Shown in pieces: positions 11,159-24,339 of a stretch of DNA of 38,292 nucleotides. This stretch comes from Blastocystis sp. subtype 4 (taxonomy: Eukaryota), in contig NW_014569460.1 in NCBI RefSeq assembly GCF_000743755.1, positions 1 through 38,292 of the forward strand. The letters run 5' to 3'. The notes beneath the pieces are model-generated. The model was given only the letters and a program-made list of their open reading frames with translations, made no database searches and was not told where the DNA came from. The stretch's first letter is position 1. The number at the start of each line of letters is the position of its first letter. A program made the position numbers and the translations under genes.

Positions 11159-12213
11159 ATGAGTGAAGAATCTCATCACAAAAACTCTTCTCATCGGAAG
11201 AGAGAAGGCCACCATCATCACGTACATCGTAGAATTATAAGAGGATGATTCGTAGCACCATCATTCACATAGTGATTCGATGATGTCAAAACACCGGAAG
11301 TTGATGAGAGAGTTTCAAGAAATGCAAAAGGAGCTGAAATCACAACAGAGTGACGGAATAGTGACAGACCACGATGCAATCGCAAGAAATCTGCAATTTA
11401 TTATGGATGGAGATATTTCAAAAGCGGCAAAGTACGTTTGGAAGGGGATGCTTACATGAAGTTGGGAACAGCGACTAGCTATTCGATATTATAATAGATT
11501 ATTCAAAGAATATGCACTTGTAGATTTGACGTATTACAAAGTCAACAAGATTGGGATGCGATGGAGAACCGAGAAGGAAGTTATTGATGGAAAGGGCCAG
11601 TTTACATGTGGAGAAGTGCATTGCTCGAATACCAATATGAAAGACTTATGCAGCTTTGAAGTTCCCTTCAAGTATTCAACAAAAGATGGTCAGAAGAAAA
11701 CAACACTCGTAAAAGTGCGGCTATGTGGTCCATGTGCATTGAAGTTGTACTATCGAAAGATCCGGGAATATGAGGGAAAGGACAGTGCGAAACGACAACG
11801 CCGGAAAGAATGTAACTCTTCCAGTGAGATATTTGATTATATTCACGAAGTATTGAAAGAAGATGAGATAGAAATCGAACAACCTCCACCAATGGAACCT
11901 GTTGTTTCTAATACTCCTTTACCTGTGGTCGTATCCAAACGGATCACTCCACCAACAGAAGAACCAGTCAAAGAGAAGAAACCTCGAGTGAAAACACCGA
12001 AGTTGGTGAATGGTCATCATCACTATTCATCGAGTTCAGAATCTGAATCTGAACCAGAATCAACACCTATTCAAGAATCCCATCCAGAAAAAGAGTTAGA
12101 TGCAAATGGAAATGAAGTGATTTCAACGAGCAATGATGTCTGGAAGACAAATATTGAAGTGGAACACACAGAAAATGAGAAGATGGATGACTTCATCAAT
12201 CAATTGTTCATGT
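11159..12213 (+). CDS. FRA10AC1: FRA10AC1-like spliceosomal protein
   Basis: WEQRLAIRYYNRLFKEYALVDLTYYK..IGMRWRTEKEVIDGKGQFTCG...FEVPFKY...LVKVRLCGPCALKL. Ends DDFINQLFM followed by T|GTTC|TGTTTGTT. Confidence 0.9.
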
Positions 12214-12217
12214 GTTC

Positions 12218-12225
12218 TGTTTGTT
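12218..12225 (+). terminator. TGTTTGTT motif; poly(A)-completed stop at T12213
   Basis: Exact motif. The predicted stop falls where the family normally ends (acidic F..LF-like tail). Confidence 0.88.
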
Positions 12226-12252
12226 TTAACCCAACACAATCTAAAATGACAA

Positions 12253-13718
12253 CTATCCAAATAAATCAGATGTTGAACTACGATGAAGGTCAATTATACT
12301 ACTAGCATCATCTTCATTCACATTCTCATGAGTATCATCTTCATCTCCCCACTTCATCAAAATGCTTGAACGACGCTGACGGCCTAGTAACTGACTCTTC
12401 ATTTCCATTACACGTTGTTTCTTTGCTAAATCATCAAGATTATAGGTTTGAGCGAGACCAGCTCGCGAAGTTTCCCTCAACGAATCCTCGATATCTTCTC
12501 CAGTCATTATCATAGTCATTAGCACCTCATCCAGAGAGATAATGTGATAACCATTCGTCATTAACGCATACTCACAACACTCCAAGGCTCGAGATGCTGC
12601 CATTGCGTTTCGTTCAATGCAAGGAACTTGGACGAGTCCCTTCACAGGATCACAGGTCAGTCCCAACATGTGCTCAATAGCCATGCCGGCTGCATACTCG
12701 ATCTGTTCAGTTGAACCTCCCATCAAAAATGTAGCAGCTCCTGCAGCCATTGCACACGCTGTTCCGACCTCTGCCTGACATCCTGCTTCAGCTCCAGAGA
12801 TTGAAGCATTGACCTTGGCCAGATTCCCAATTACGCTAGCTACAGCCAGAGCATCCACAATATCATCATCTGTAATGTTTGGGTGGTGATAGCGGAGAAA
12901 GTACAAGACTCCAGGAACGATGCCACATGCTCCACATGTGGGAGCTGTCACCACAATCTCGCCACCTGCATTATTCTCAGAAACTGCTAATGTGTAAGCG
13001 AAGAGAAAAGCATTTGGCTAGAACTCAGATTCTCTCTTTCAAATTTACACTGATCATTTCACTGCTTCGTTGAGCTGCTCTAAACATGTCATGAGCTTTA
13101 CGAGGAAGATTCAATCCTCCAGGTAATACACCCTTTCCTTCTAAACCAATTTTAACACAATTTGACATGGTATTCCAGACATCTGCCAAATATGATCGGA
13201 TGTCATCTCCTTCATATTGATACACAAAATCACACAGTTTTAATCCTGATTTTCTACACCAACGCATTATTGAGTTCATCGTGGAGATAGGATAGACTGA
13301 ATGAAAGGTCTTCTTGAAAGGACCATTCACTTGTTCAAGTTCAGAATCGGTTATAATTGCTCCTCCACCAACCGAATAATACGTCTCTTGACCAATTTCC
13401 TTCTCTCCCTGACATCCTTTGATTGTCATTCCATTCACATGAAATGATAATGTTTCGTTCGACTTCCAGATAAATGTTACTTTCTTGGGTTTCAACTCGT
13501 TTTCAATTGCAACATCCGTCATGTGACCTTTACCAGTTGCAGCAAGAGATCCGTAGAGGGTTACAATGTAGTTATCACATTTTGAATCATAAAGAGACTT
13601 AAACGCCTTGGCGGCAAATGAGGGACCCATTGTGTGAGAACTAGAAGGACCATGTCCTATTCTACAGATTATCCACGACTAAGACACTCCACCTGTACAG
13701 TTCTCGAAGGGATGGCAT
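12253..13718 (-). CDS. sdaA: Fe-S-dependent L-serine dehydratase, single-chain bacterial type, with introns (possible N-terminal extension to ~13924)
   Basis: MPSLRELYR|IGHGPSSSHTMGP, VTLYGSLAATGKGHMTD, YSVGGG, AVSENNAGGEIVVTAPTCGACG, SISGAEAGCQAEVG, LGLTCDPVKGLVQVPCIERNA. Two 31-nt GT-AG introns. Confidence 0.93.
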
Positions 13719-14089
13719 ACCACTTGTTCCAGATTGAGAGGAATAGTACAAATGAGAATGACCCTAGCGGTATAAGTAGCTACAAAAGTTCCTACATTCT
13801 TTGAGACGATTCGGATGTACGTTGGAACCTTCTTCTAAAGATTACTCTTACCAAGCTACAAAACCATTCCAGTACTATCATGAGATGAACTCTCACCAAA
13901 AGAGTCGTCAGTATCTATATCCATAGAGATAAAACAAGAAGTGACTGATTCGCAGTTGCCGTCGTCAACTCCCGTATTTCCCCTTTTTTGGAATTGGTTC
14001 TTTTTTAGTTCCAGTATTGAATTCATTAGTTTATACACTAGTACAAAGCAGAGAAATCGTGTTGGGACGATATTAGGAAAACTACTAAG

Positions 14090-15528
14090 ATGCTTCGACC
14101 GTTTCCAAATCTCACACTCCAATTCATTGGAGTCTCTAGTATTTTCCTCAAGCGTTGTTTTGGTGGTGTAGCATCTAATGCTGTCTTGAATCGTTTGAAA
14201 GCGAGTTTTGAGTATAACTCTGTTTCAGTGACTATTACATCCTAGGCGGCATAATGAATTGGCACAGGAACTTGAGAAATCAACCAATATGTCTCGAGAA
14301 CGATACGTTTCAATTAATCACGAATTATCCAACCTTTATGATCAATATGATTGTTACAAACGATACATTGTATTTGTGATTGGTGTTTTTGACGAGAAAG
14401 AAAGTTAAGAAGGAAATTGATGACGTCCAGAAGTTAATACAAGAAGAGAAAGACAAAGAGATCATTGAAATGGCGAATGAAGAGATGACGCGATTATTGG
14501 AAGAGGAGAAGAAAATAACGGAAGAAGCTCACCAAATTTCGTTGCCATCCAATCTGTTAATCTTAACAGTGCAAGTAATTTGTAGAGAGGACAAAAAGAA
14601 TTGTACAATCGAAGTACGAGCAGGAGCAGGAGGAGTTGAAGCATGTCTATTTACAGAGGACATCCTCAACATGTATAAAAGCTACTGCGGACTTAAGGAT
14701 TGGAGATGGTCAGTGCTGAGTTGCAATGTTGCTAATGGAGGAGGGTTTCATTGTCGTACTTCCACTTATGTATAGTATTAAAGAAGCTATCGTGAAGGTA
14801 ACTGGAGAGGGATCTTATGGTATTCTTCGTACAGAATCAGGAGTTCATGTTCGAATGCTTCCTTGGTTTCATGTGTAGCGTGTTCAACGAGTACCAGAAA
14901 CAGAAAGTCAGGGCCGTATTCACACCTCAACTATGACTGTTGCTGTATTTCCTGAGTTGGAGAATATTGATTTGATGATTCGACCTGAAGACTTGCGTAT
15001 TGATACTTATCGGTCTAGTGGCAAAGGGGGACAACATGTGAACAAAACAGAATCAGCTGTACGAATTACTCACATCCCAACAGGAATTGTTGTTGCCAAT
15101 CAGGATGAACGCAATCAAGTAATATCTTTAGAGTAGTAATGATTCAAAGCATATGAACAAAGCGAAAGCTCTTCAGATCCTAGCAATTCGTCTTCAGAAT
15201 CGTCAAGAGTCTCTTGTTAGCGAGGAAGTGGATAGCGAGAGGAAGTCATATCCTTTGGATCTATTTATATGAAATATCCTTCACAATAAGCTAATTGGCA
15301 CGGGAGAGCGATGTGAAAAGAATCGTACCTATAATTATCCTAATGTGACTTTTCTTATTAACTTGTGATCAATAGAGTCGAATTACAGACCATCGAGTGG
15401 GATTGACGTTGTATGGGATGGATAAGATGATGCGAGGGGAGCTGTTAGATGAATTCGCTGATACACTCAAGAAGTGGCGTATTCAACAGGAATTAGATGA
15501 ATTAAGTGGTTATTGTGTGTCTTTATAA
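14090..15528 (+). CDS. prfA: Organellar (mitochondrion-related organelle) peptide chain release factor 1, multi-exon
   Basis: Presequence-like MLRPF...[37 protein letters not shown] (PxT, RF1), [29 protein letters not shown]. The exact 3' end is uncertain. Confidence 0.92.
15248..15289 (+). other. Probable U12-type (minor spliceosome) intron with AT-AA termini
   Basis: 5' ATATCCTTT, branch-like TCCTTCAC near the 3' end, 42 nt. Removal restores [19 protein letters not shown]. Confidence 0.72.
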
Positions 15529-18500
15529 ACACAATACACAAAATTACTATTTCCAAGAAGTAATACAGTTTTCATTTCATCTGTTAACACACCATCGGAT
15601 TCTGTAGAAGATTCAGTGGAATTCTTCGCTCGTTCTCGTTTCTCTGCCTGTCTTCGACTATTTTTGAATCCCCAACCGCGGAACATATAAGATGGGGCAA
15701 ATTTCAGAATCTCAGTTGTATAGGCTCTTCGAATCTGTTTAATCACTTTAGACCATGTCGAAAGTTTATTACTGTATATCTGATGTTGAAGTACAATATC
15801 GAAATTATTCAAATTTAATGGAGTGATACCTCGAGTACTAATCACCAATTCTACCGTTCCCAAACGCATATGTTCCAAAAATACAAGTTGTCTCGGTTTC
15901 TTCTGTTTCTCTGTATTGCTGATTCCGAGCAATTTATCACGACAATGTTGATCTACAAGAATGCCACATCGATTGCATTTATATCCCAAATTCCTGACAT
16001 TCCCAATTTTCTTCTTACATACAGCACACACACCCAACTGATCTGTCAACTCGAATTCATGCTCACATTGTACCTGCTTCTTGTGGTATCTGAAGCGACC
16101 CTGAGGAGCAGGTACCCCATCTGATACAGTACTGTTCTTCCTCACACGAAGAGTTGTCACAGCATCTTCAGAGGTAGGTACAGTAATAGCAGGCTGGATA
16201 TGACGTCGTCCTCCAGACTCTGTAGAAGTAAGATCAGTCGGAGACACCTCCGTAGAGACACTAGTATCATCAGATAACTCGAGAATGATGTCTTGAGTGG
16301 GTTTTGTCTCACCAACTTGTAAACTAGGAAGAGGCAACTTATCCTTCTCCACATCATCTATTGACTCATATTCCGAAGAGGCAACCGAAAGAGTTTCATT
16401 GAAATCAGGATCCAGAGTCAAGGATTCTATTTCATTATCCTCTTCTGGGAAGAAGTAATGAAATATCCCAGCTGCTAGCGAACTCGAGAGTTGGAAGAGA
16501 ATGTAATAATGGCAACCAGGATAGACGTTGATTCCCACGTGTTCAAACACATTCACGGGCATTCCATCACATACAAGACTTTGACTCAAAACCGTGATTA
16601 TTTCGAGTATATTACTCTGTTCATCTGGGGTTCGATCAAGCATTACAGGACTGAATACAAGATCAGGATACTCCCATCGCTGATCGGCAGCTGATGCTAA
16701 TGGATTTACGATCTTCAAATCATTGAGTATAATTTTCGTTTCGCTCTTTCCATCGAAACAGAAGTTATGTTCTCCTGTGAGACCTCGTAATGTGGCTACT
16801 GCAATCTGTTCTCCTTTACTTGCTAGAAGTGTCCATTCAACCTCTTCCAACGTATATTTGATGCGAAGAACGGGAATGAGTTCTGTTTCACCTCGAATAG
16901 CAACCAAAACCTTCTGCTCAATGCTCTTCATCATCTCTGTTGTTAAGAGCGGGTTCTGTTCCTGTGAACCTGACTCTGAAGTCAAGTCAGTCTCATTTGG
17001 TTCAGAGACAGTACTGGTGGTAGGATTGGCAAGTAAAGTGTAGTGAATCACATTCAAAAAACGATAGAACTCCTCTCCAGTCATTCGGATGCTGAACGAT
17101 CCGATATTTACTGTGATTCGATTCACTAAATCCTCCCTTCGGAATCCAGGAGAATAAACACGAGAAGGAATGAAGCCATTCTGACTCCGTGTGATCAGAG
17201 ATAGAGAGAAATCTTGAATGATCCGCTTGAAAGGACGCTGGAAGGAATGAGAATGGAAACTTTGGAGACCAAAGTTCCGTTCGAGGTTATTGAGCGTGTG
17301 AATATCCTTTGAACTGATCCAAGGTGCCGAATGAGCACGACGATCACCCAGAAACAAATCCACTTTGTTCAGTGATGCATTTAGAATGGAATAATCACGC
17401 TGTTGAACTGGTTTCTTTTGAACAATCATACTTCCTTTGTACAAATAGAGAAGCAGTGAAGAACCAGTTTCAATTGAAGCAATGTGGATCTGTGAATCTG
17501 TGAACATGACGTCAAGGAAGAAGTTCTCTTTCTCATCCTTATGAGAATCTTCTCGTCGTGTTACCACATCTTCCTCTGTATAAACCAATGCAGTTCCTTC
17601 TTTCTGAACATTCGTATGTGTAGCCTTCTTAAGAATATATGTGAGTAAAGGAGGCAGTGTATTCCCCAACTCATTCTGAGCTTCCTTCTCTTGCTGCTTC
17701 ATTCGCTTGTAGAACTCATCACGACGTGCTCGACGAGTCGTATTCTCTGAATTTACTCCACTAATTCCTTGAATAGAACGTAGTCTTCCCATCATTGCAT
17801 TGCCATCAATCCCCTGATAATAGAATGAAGAATTCAGAGAACGATTGAGATCAGGTCGCAAGCGATTCATTGCAGTCAAGCCCATTGAGAAGCGTAATGA
17901 ATCACGAGTATAATGATTGAAGTAAGAGGATTCATTGCGATAAAGTGTTGGCTGATTATTGCTAACAGAACGAGCTAAAGGACCGATCGACTGGAATAGC
18001 ATTGCATCACGACGATCTGCTGTAGGACGAATATAACTCAGAGGACGATGAAGTGAAGGACGAGATCGGAGTACTGGAGGTTCGATACTACGATGATTGG
18101 TTGAAGGCTGAAGAGGTATTTGCTGTGATGGTTCTTGAGGAGAAAGAGTAGAAGAAGGAGTAACCGTTTCTTTGACCGAAGTCTGTTTTCGCTTCAAATA
18201 TACTTCCTGATAAACTGTTCTCATATCATTCATCCACTACAATAAGACATCTTCAAACACACATACCATGACACCAACATCACGTGTATCCAACGAATAT
18301 ATCACTTTCAATCCCTTCACAAATACAGCAAACTGCCCTTCACTCTTGCCTGAGATTTTCCCATTAATCCCGCGGATTTTTTCATTATACATTTCAGCTA
18401 TGTCTTCATCGAATCCAGAGGATGCTGGAGTCACCCCTTTCAGTACGCCCAACTTACTAACCTTCCCAATCAACATCACATCAGCATTCTCAAGATTCAG

Positions 18501-21500
18501 GAACGGAGTATAATGAGGACGATCAATTGAATACTGGGGAGGCTGACGAAGAGACAAATGATTGAGAATCAAATCTTCCATCTTTGAATAGATACGAGGA
18601 TACACCCAATGGGTCTGTGTGAACACTGAATAATCATAACGTAACTCTAGGGATGAAATCCGAACGATTTATGGATACCAGAATAATCGGGTTTTTCTGA
18701 AGTATTCATGACATCTTTACGACCAATCTGCTCCAGAAATAGTGGGAATATTTTGTACATAGTCATCACCAGGTCAAATTTCTTTGAAATCAAGTTGAAT
18801 CCACTATCGCTAGAGTCATCATTAAACCTATGAATAATTCTGTCATTCCAAAAATACGTCCAAAAACTGCTATTATCAAGAATGAAACGGACTTCAAAAT
18901 CAGTACTATTTCGCATCAGACCAGGGCCATAATCCTTTGGTATATCCGGATTCACAGTAAACAACATATCCCAAAACCCGAGCAAAAACTCAGCAAGTTC
19001 AGCCCGTAAGAAGAACGAAGAATTGAACTCACGATCATGATAAGGTCCAAGTTGAATATCCCACTCGATCGTGTTGGAACGATAAAACTCGTATTTGTCA
19101 ATATCATCAGAAACAGCATCATTTAGTTCCACATAATGATTGGATGATTCTTTGTTCTTCCAATGAATGGTCACTTGCCAAGCACCTTCAACAGCTTGAA
19201 AGAGAGGAGAAAGAACTAGTTGATTGGTTGAATCAAATTTGGACACGCCAATAGAAAACACATCAAATTCCAAGATACACCCACCTTCCTTCTTGAATAT
19301 AACATCTGGCCCAGTGAATTCCAGTACCAAGGATTCATACTGATCATCAATACGGTTATAGGTCACCCAGTCAATATGAAGCGAATCAAAGATCTGGATA
19401 GTGATGGGACCATGGACACTGAAACGAAGCTTATCATACCAAGCCATCTTAGGAGACTTACTGATTCCACGAGGAGTCAATGCACTCATACTCTCTGTGA
19501 AACTCTGTCTTACCCACCACAGTGCTTCACCCCAAAATACATCCAACTGTTTGCCTTGAAGATTGAAATTCTGATAGAATTTGGTAGAAATTGAAGTTCG
19601 AATCACATCCACGGACAAAGAATCGAATGAAGATGAACAGAAAAGTTCTACTGATTCTTGACGTACATAGGATTCAACCCGATTCATATCAGCAAGTACA
19701 AAGGTCCCACACCCATAGAGGTTATAACCTGCTAGAAGAGGTGGTTGATCAGCAAAGGATGTTTCAACAGAATCTATATAGAGATCATGAACATGCAATC
19801 CTAACACATCATCAAATCCTTTTGCAAGAGGGGTTGGTGATTCATCCATGGATTGAAGGAATGAAAGGAGATGAGCACGAGAATGAATCTTTCGATTGTA
19901 TGTCACAACACCATCCAAACCTGTTACTACAAGACATGAATATTCCCGTGATTCTGGACTAAGATGAGGGATAATGTCTTGAAAACGAAGTAAGGCCGAA
20001 TCAACAACCAACTGAATCCATATCCCAGAGAGAATAGTAGATGAAGAGAAAGCCTCATGAGTAGCAACAGTATTGGCTCGATTCTCATCAGGATGAGGGA
20101 AAGCAGGAGGAGGACGAATACCCTTCCGAATGGTCTTAAATGCTTTCCATTGAAGACAAGCATCATAAATTAGATCACCCCATGGCCAACGTCTGTCTTG
20201 GAAACAATCAATCTTATTCACAATAATCAGATATGGTTGAACACCAGTAGGAACATGATCTGTTCGGAGATTACATTGATTATCATATCCATTACACTGA
20301 TGAAGATCTGTAATATGATTCTGACAAGATGAACATGGTTGGAATCGATGGCACATATCACAGTGACCACAAGCACATTTCTTCAAATACAATGAATGTT
20401 CACGGAGTTCACTTATTGATTGATTGTTCATATCAAGTCCGTTCTGTTTACTAACTTCTGAATATGAGGCAGGTGAATAGACAGCAAGACTATCCACTGT
20501 AAGCATTGCACATGTGACTTGTGTCATTTGGATTTGTGAAGCTTGAATACTTCGGAAAGAGAGAAGTGGTAAGGATGAAGAATCAGGGTATGTGGCTGCC
20601 AACTCTTCAATTGTCAATAAAACTCCTGCTTTGGGTGTAAAATGGAATGTAACAGTCAACTGACGAAGTATTACCATAAGTTTAAAGAAAGAAGGAGAAG
20701 AATGTTTCATTGCTTTGGGAGTTTCATCTGAAACTTTTGGTTTTTTTGGAATACCAGATTTCACAAGGTTGACTAGTTCAAGTAGACTGTTCATAAAGAC
20801 ATAGATACTTCCAAATGATAGACGGGTATAAAGAGAAGATATCACAATCTGAAGACAATTAGTATCACGACTATTTGAACTTATCAATACTAAATGCTCA
20901 TCCCCGCGGTAAAAACCTGCCCATTTCCCAAGTGAACGTGCCTTGTATTCAATATTATTGGTATTGAAGGAAATGGAACTTAGCTGTTCAGGGAGTTGAG
21001 ATTTCGAGAAGCTTAAGAATAGAAATGAAGGAAGAGTAATTCCAATTTGTGGAATAAAGACTGGTAATTGGGCTTTCGGCACATGAATGCCTTCATCACC
21101 CAAAACACTGATATTATTAATTTCCACGGTTATTTTATATTCAACCAATGGATTCTTAGAATAGAAATTGGTTGTCATAGGAAGTGGAGAATAGTGAAAT
21201 TGTGGTATTCCAGTTTTCACTTCTAAATGAGGAATACTGTTGAAATCAAGTCTTTCATCAACTGGAGAGAGTGTAGCAGTTGATAGTAATGGTTGAGAAG
21301 GAATCATAGAAGGAGAAGAATAGACTGGAAGATTGAATTGTTGGGATGTGAAAGTCTCACCAAATTCTCCATGAAGAGAAGACACATATTTTTCGAAAGT
21401 GTCATTATTCTTCGCAATGATGAAGACATTCAGACTCTCCATAGTATAGCTTGTACTGCGACTGGTATCCTTGCCTGTGATCTGAATTTCAACAGAGCTT

Positions 21501-24031
21501 ATTCGAATTGTAGCATCACTGAGATAAATTGGTATGAACTGGATGATTGATGGTTTCACATCAGTCTCATCATCAGATAGAAGAATCTCATCTGATTCTC
21601 CATCACTCACAGCTTCCTGTTTGATGCTGTTCTTCTGAAGTGAAGTGGAAGTAAGGTGAGGTGAGGTTGGATGAGATGACTTTGTCAGAGTAGGATCAGG
21701 AGGAATAGGTGATGGCTGGGAAGAAGATTGCTGAATAGGAGAAACTGTAGCTAATGGACGAGGAGAAGACGATGGAGTAAAAGCACCCATTACATCCAAG
21801 TCACAGATTCCAGCTACATCTTCCATTCCATTGGGAAGCAAAGAACCATCTAGAATACTTTGTAACAGCTGACGATTAATCTCTTCTGAATCCATGGTTT
21901 CCAGAATCACTGGATTCTCCTGTGATGAAGGAGGAATAGGTGAAGTAAGAGAAGGAGGAATAGGTGAAGTGAGAGAAACATCTGATAACGAAGCAGACGA
22001 AGTACTACGTGAGAAATCGAGAGAAGAGAATGAAGTGGTCTTGTTCATTCCAGTAGCACTTCGTTCTTTGTAATCTTCAATCTCCTTGACAAATATTTGC
22101 ATTACAAATAGCATCAAATCAACAGAAGAATAGGTAAAGACTAGATTGCATGACTTCAATGAACTCTCCACACTGAGTCGTTCCCATTTGTTCATAGTCC
22201 AATCTAATTCCCATCCACCCAATGAAACAATCTTATCTGAACAAGGAGGAAGGTGATTCAGAGGATTCGATGAATCTTGTTCTTCTTCATGAAGGAGACT
22301 CTGAAGGCTCTCTCGTGAGTATGGAATCGCAGAGACTTCGATAGCTCCAATCTTGGCTTGAAACTCATAGGATGAAGATAAAGAGACCTCCAGAGATGCT
22401 CGAGAGTTAGCTGGAACCAAAGTTAACGTTAGGGCTTGAAGAGAGATTCCAACAGCAGGGGAAGGAACACATGAGGATACTGCAAATGCTAATTGAAGTT
22501 CCTCAACACGGGCATCAATTCGAATCTGACTATCTTTGATAAGACTCAGAAGAGAAGGTGAATGAGTAGATGATGAAGGTACATGAGAGGATTGTAATGA
22601 TGATTTATGAGAAGGTGATGATGGCTCATGAGAGAGTAATGGTTGTTTGGAAGTAGATTTGAATGGAAGACAAATTAACATGGATTGAATGTATTCAAAT
22701 GTACGTAGAATTGAAGGACGTAGTGTCAATACAGTTTTCCTGTGAGTATAATTCAATGAAATACTCTCAAACTGACTCTTTGATTCTCGTATCATTAACG
22801 TCATTGAAGCTTCAATCCCATCACAACTGAGATAATTGGATTGGAATGTTGATAACTCCATTGCTATCATGAGACTATGAGGAACAGATGCAAATACATC
22901 ATAGAAGGATGTAGAGCATTTGAGAGTAACTCCTAGCAGAATATGAATCGAAGTTGAAGTATTGTTCGACTTATCAGCATTTGCAAGATCAATCTCCAGC
23001 TTGGGTAATGTCACCTTTAGTGCTTGAGGAAGAATCCGAATAAGAGAAGAGAGTTTATCCACTGCAGATCCATTAACAGTATTATTACTTGATGTTGATG
23101 GTCGAGTGATCTCCAACGGTGGCAACTCATTTGGCAGAGGATTTGAACGCTTCTGAGTTCCTGAACACTTAATAGCCTTGAATACCGCAAAGATCTGTCT
23201 GTATAGACTCTTATCAATACGAATCTGTAACGAATCTCCAACATTCCATGTTAGTTGGTGTACCAGGAAACGATGACCAAATTCACAGGAGCAACGAATC
23301 CAGAAGGAATTCAGAACGAAATTGGGCTGACTATCAAAGGCATTTTCCCGATTGTTGATAGAGATGGCACGAATCGAAAACAAACCCTGCACCGTTGTTG
23401 CAGGTGTGAATTGGACACTTCCATTCACCTGGATGTCAGATACAACCACTTCGATTCGTTTAGGGAATTCACTATCTCCTAAAGAGAATACGACATTGTT
23501 AATATGCAAGTTGAGAAGACGGAGCAACGGAAACAAATGACGAAGAGCTGACAATGAGTTTCCATTCTTTTCGGACTGATGAGAATTGACATCTTCTTTT
23601 GGTTCCTTCTTTATATCAGTAGGAGGCAAAGGCACACCATCATTGGGGATCAACCCTATTACTACAGAGTCCACTTCAAGAACAAATGGAGATGATGCCC
23701 CAATGTTTAAAAAGGACTTTCTGAAATTGGTCAGAATTCCAACCTTCTTTACAGAGCCCGAAATAATAAATCGCTCCAGAATGATTGAAAAGTTTACATT
23801 CTTGGCATTCAACCCCAATAGAGATAACTTATCAATGGATACAGAAAACCGCTTTCCTTTCGATAAAAAGAAATTTACAACCCATGCAAGAAGATAAGGA
23901 AAAGCAAAGACAGAAAATAGGATAATACCAGTAAGCACTTGAATCCATATCCAAAACGGTACTGGAAGCTTTGAAATTGTATATATACTCACTGCTAGTA
24001 TTGTGACGAGCAAAGACACCAACCACTTCAT
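15510..24031 (-). CDS. BLTP2: Bridge-like lipid transfer protein BLTP2/KIAA0100/Hobbit/SABRE-like, ~2800 aa
   Basis: N-terminal TM anchor; SPKMAWYDKLRFSVHG resembles the FMP27 GFWDK-type motif; Apt1-like C-terminus. Introns 18647-18678 and 18237-18266 join the three ORFs. Possible poly(A)-completed stop at 15536 (GTG T|ATTG|TGTTTATA). Confidence 0.75.
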
Positions 24032-24339
24032 TCGTCTCTACTCTATTATGACAGAAAGTGAGAAAATGATGTAGATTTTTGTTTATTCTGATTGATATCT
24101 TGTGATAATATTGTACAAGAAATAGCAAAGAGAACTCATTGAACAAATATCCCAACTTCCAAATGGCATGTGGAATTGATTGGATTCTATTACAGCAAAA
24201 TTCCTAACGATTCAATAGATGTGCTACTGTTGTACTGAGATAAATCACTCTAACCGAGATAGCGGGGATTTACCAATTTCAGGGACTTAGCTGATACTTG
24301 ATGAAAAAGACAAACAGTTGGGAAGTCGATAGAAATACT

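Noticed and set aside
12253..13718. Bacterial contamination (sdaA, prfA)
   Set aside because: Both genes carry host-type spliceosomal introns and lie among eukaryotic genes; prfA has a targeting-like presequence.
18647..18678. GTATCC-starting introns (here and in the MDH-like gene near 33279) as U12 type
   Set aside because: The 5' sites (GTATCCAT, GTATCCCT) deviate from GTATCCTT, there is no clear U12 branch point, and the lengths match U2 introns.
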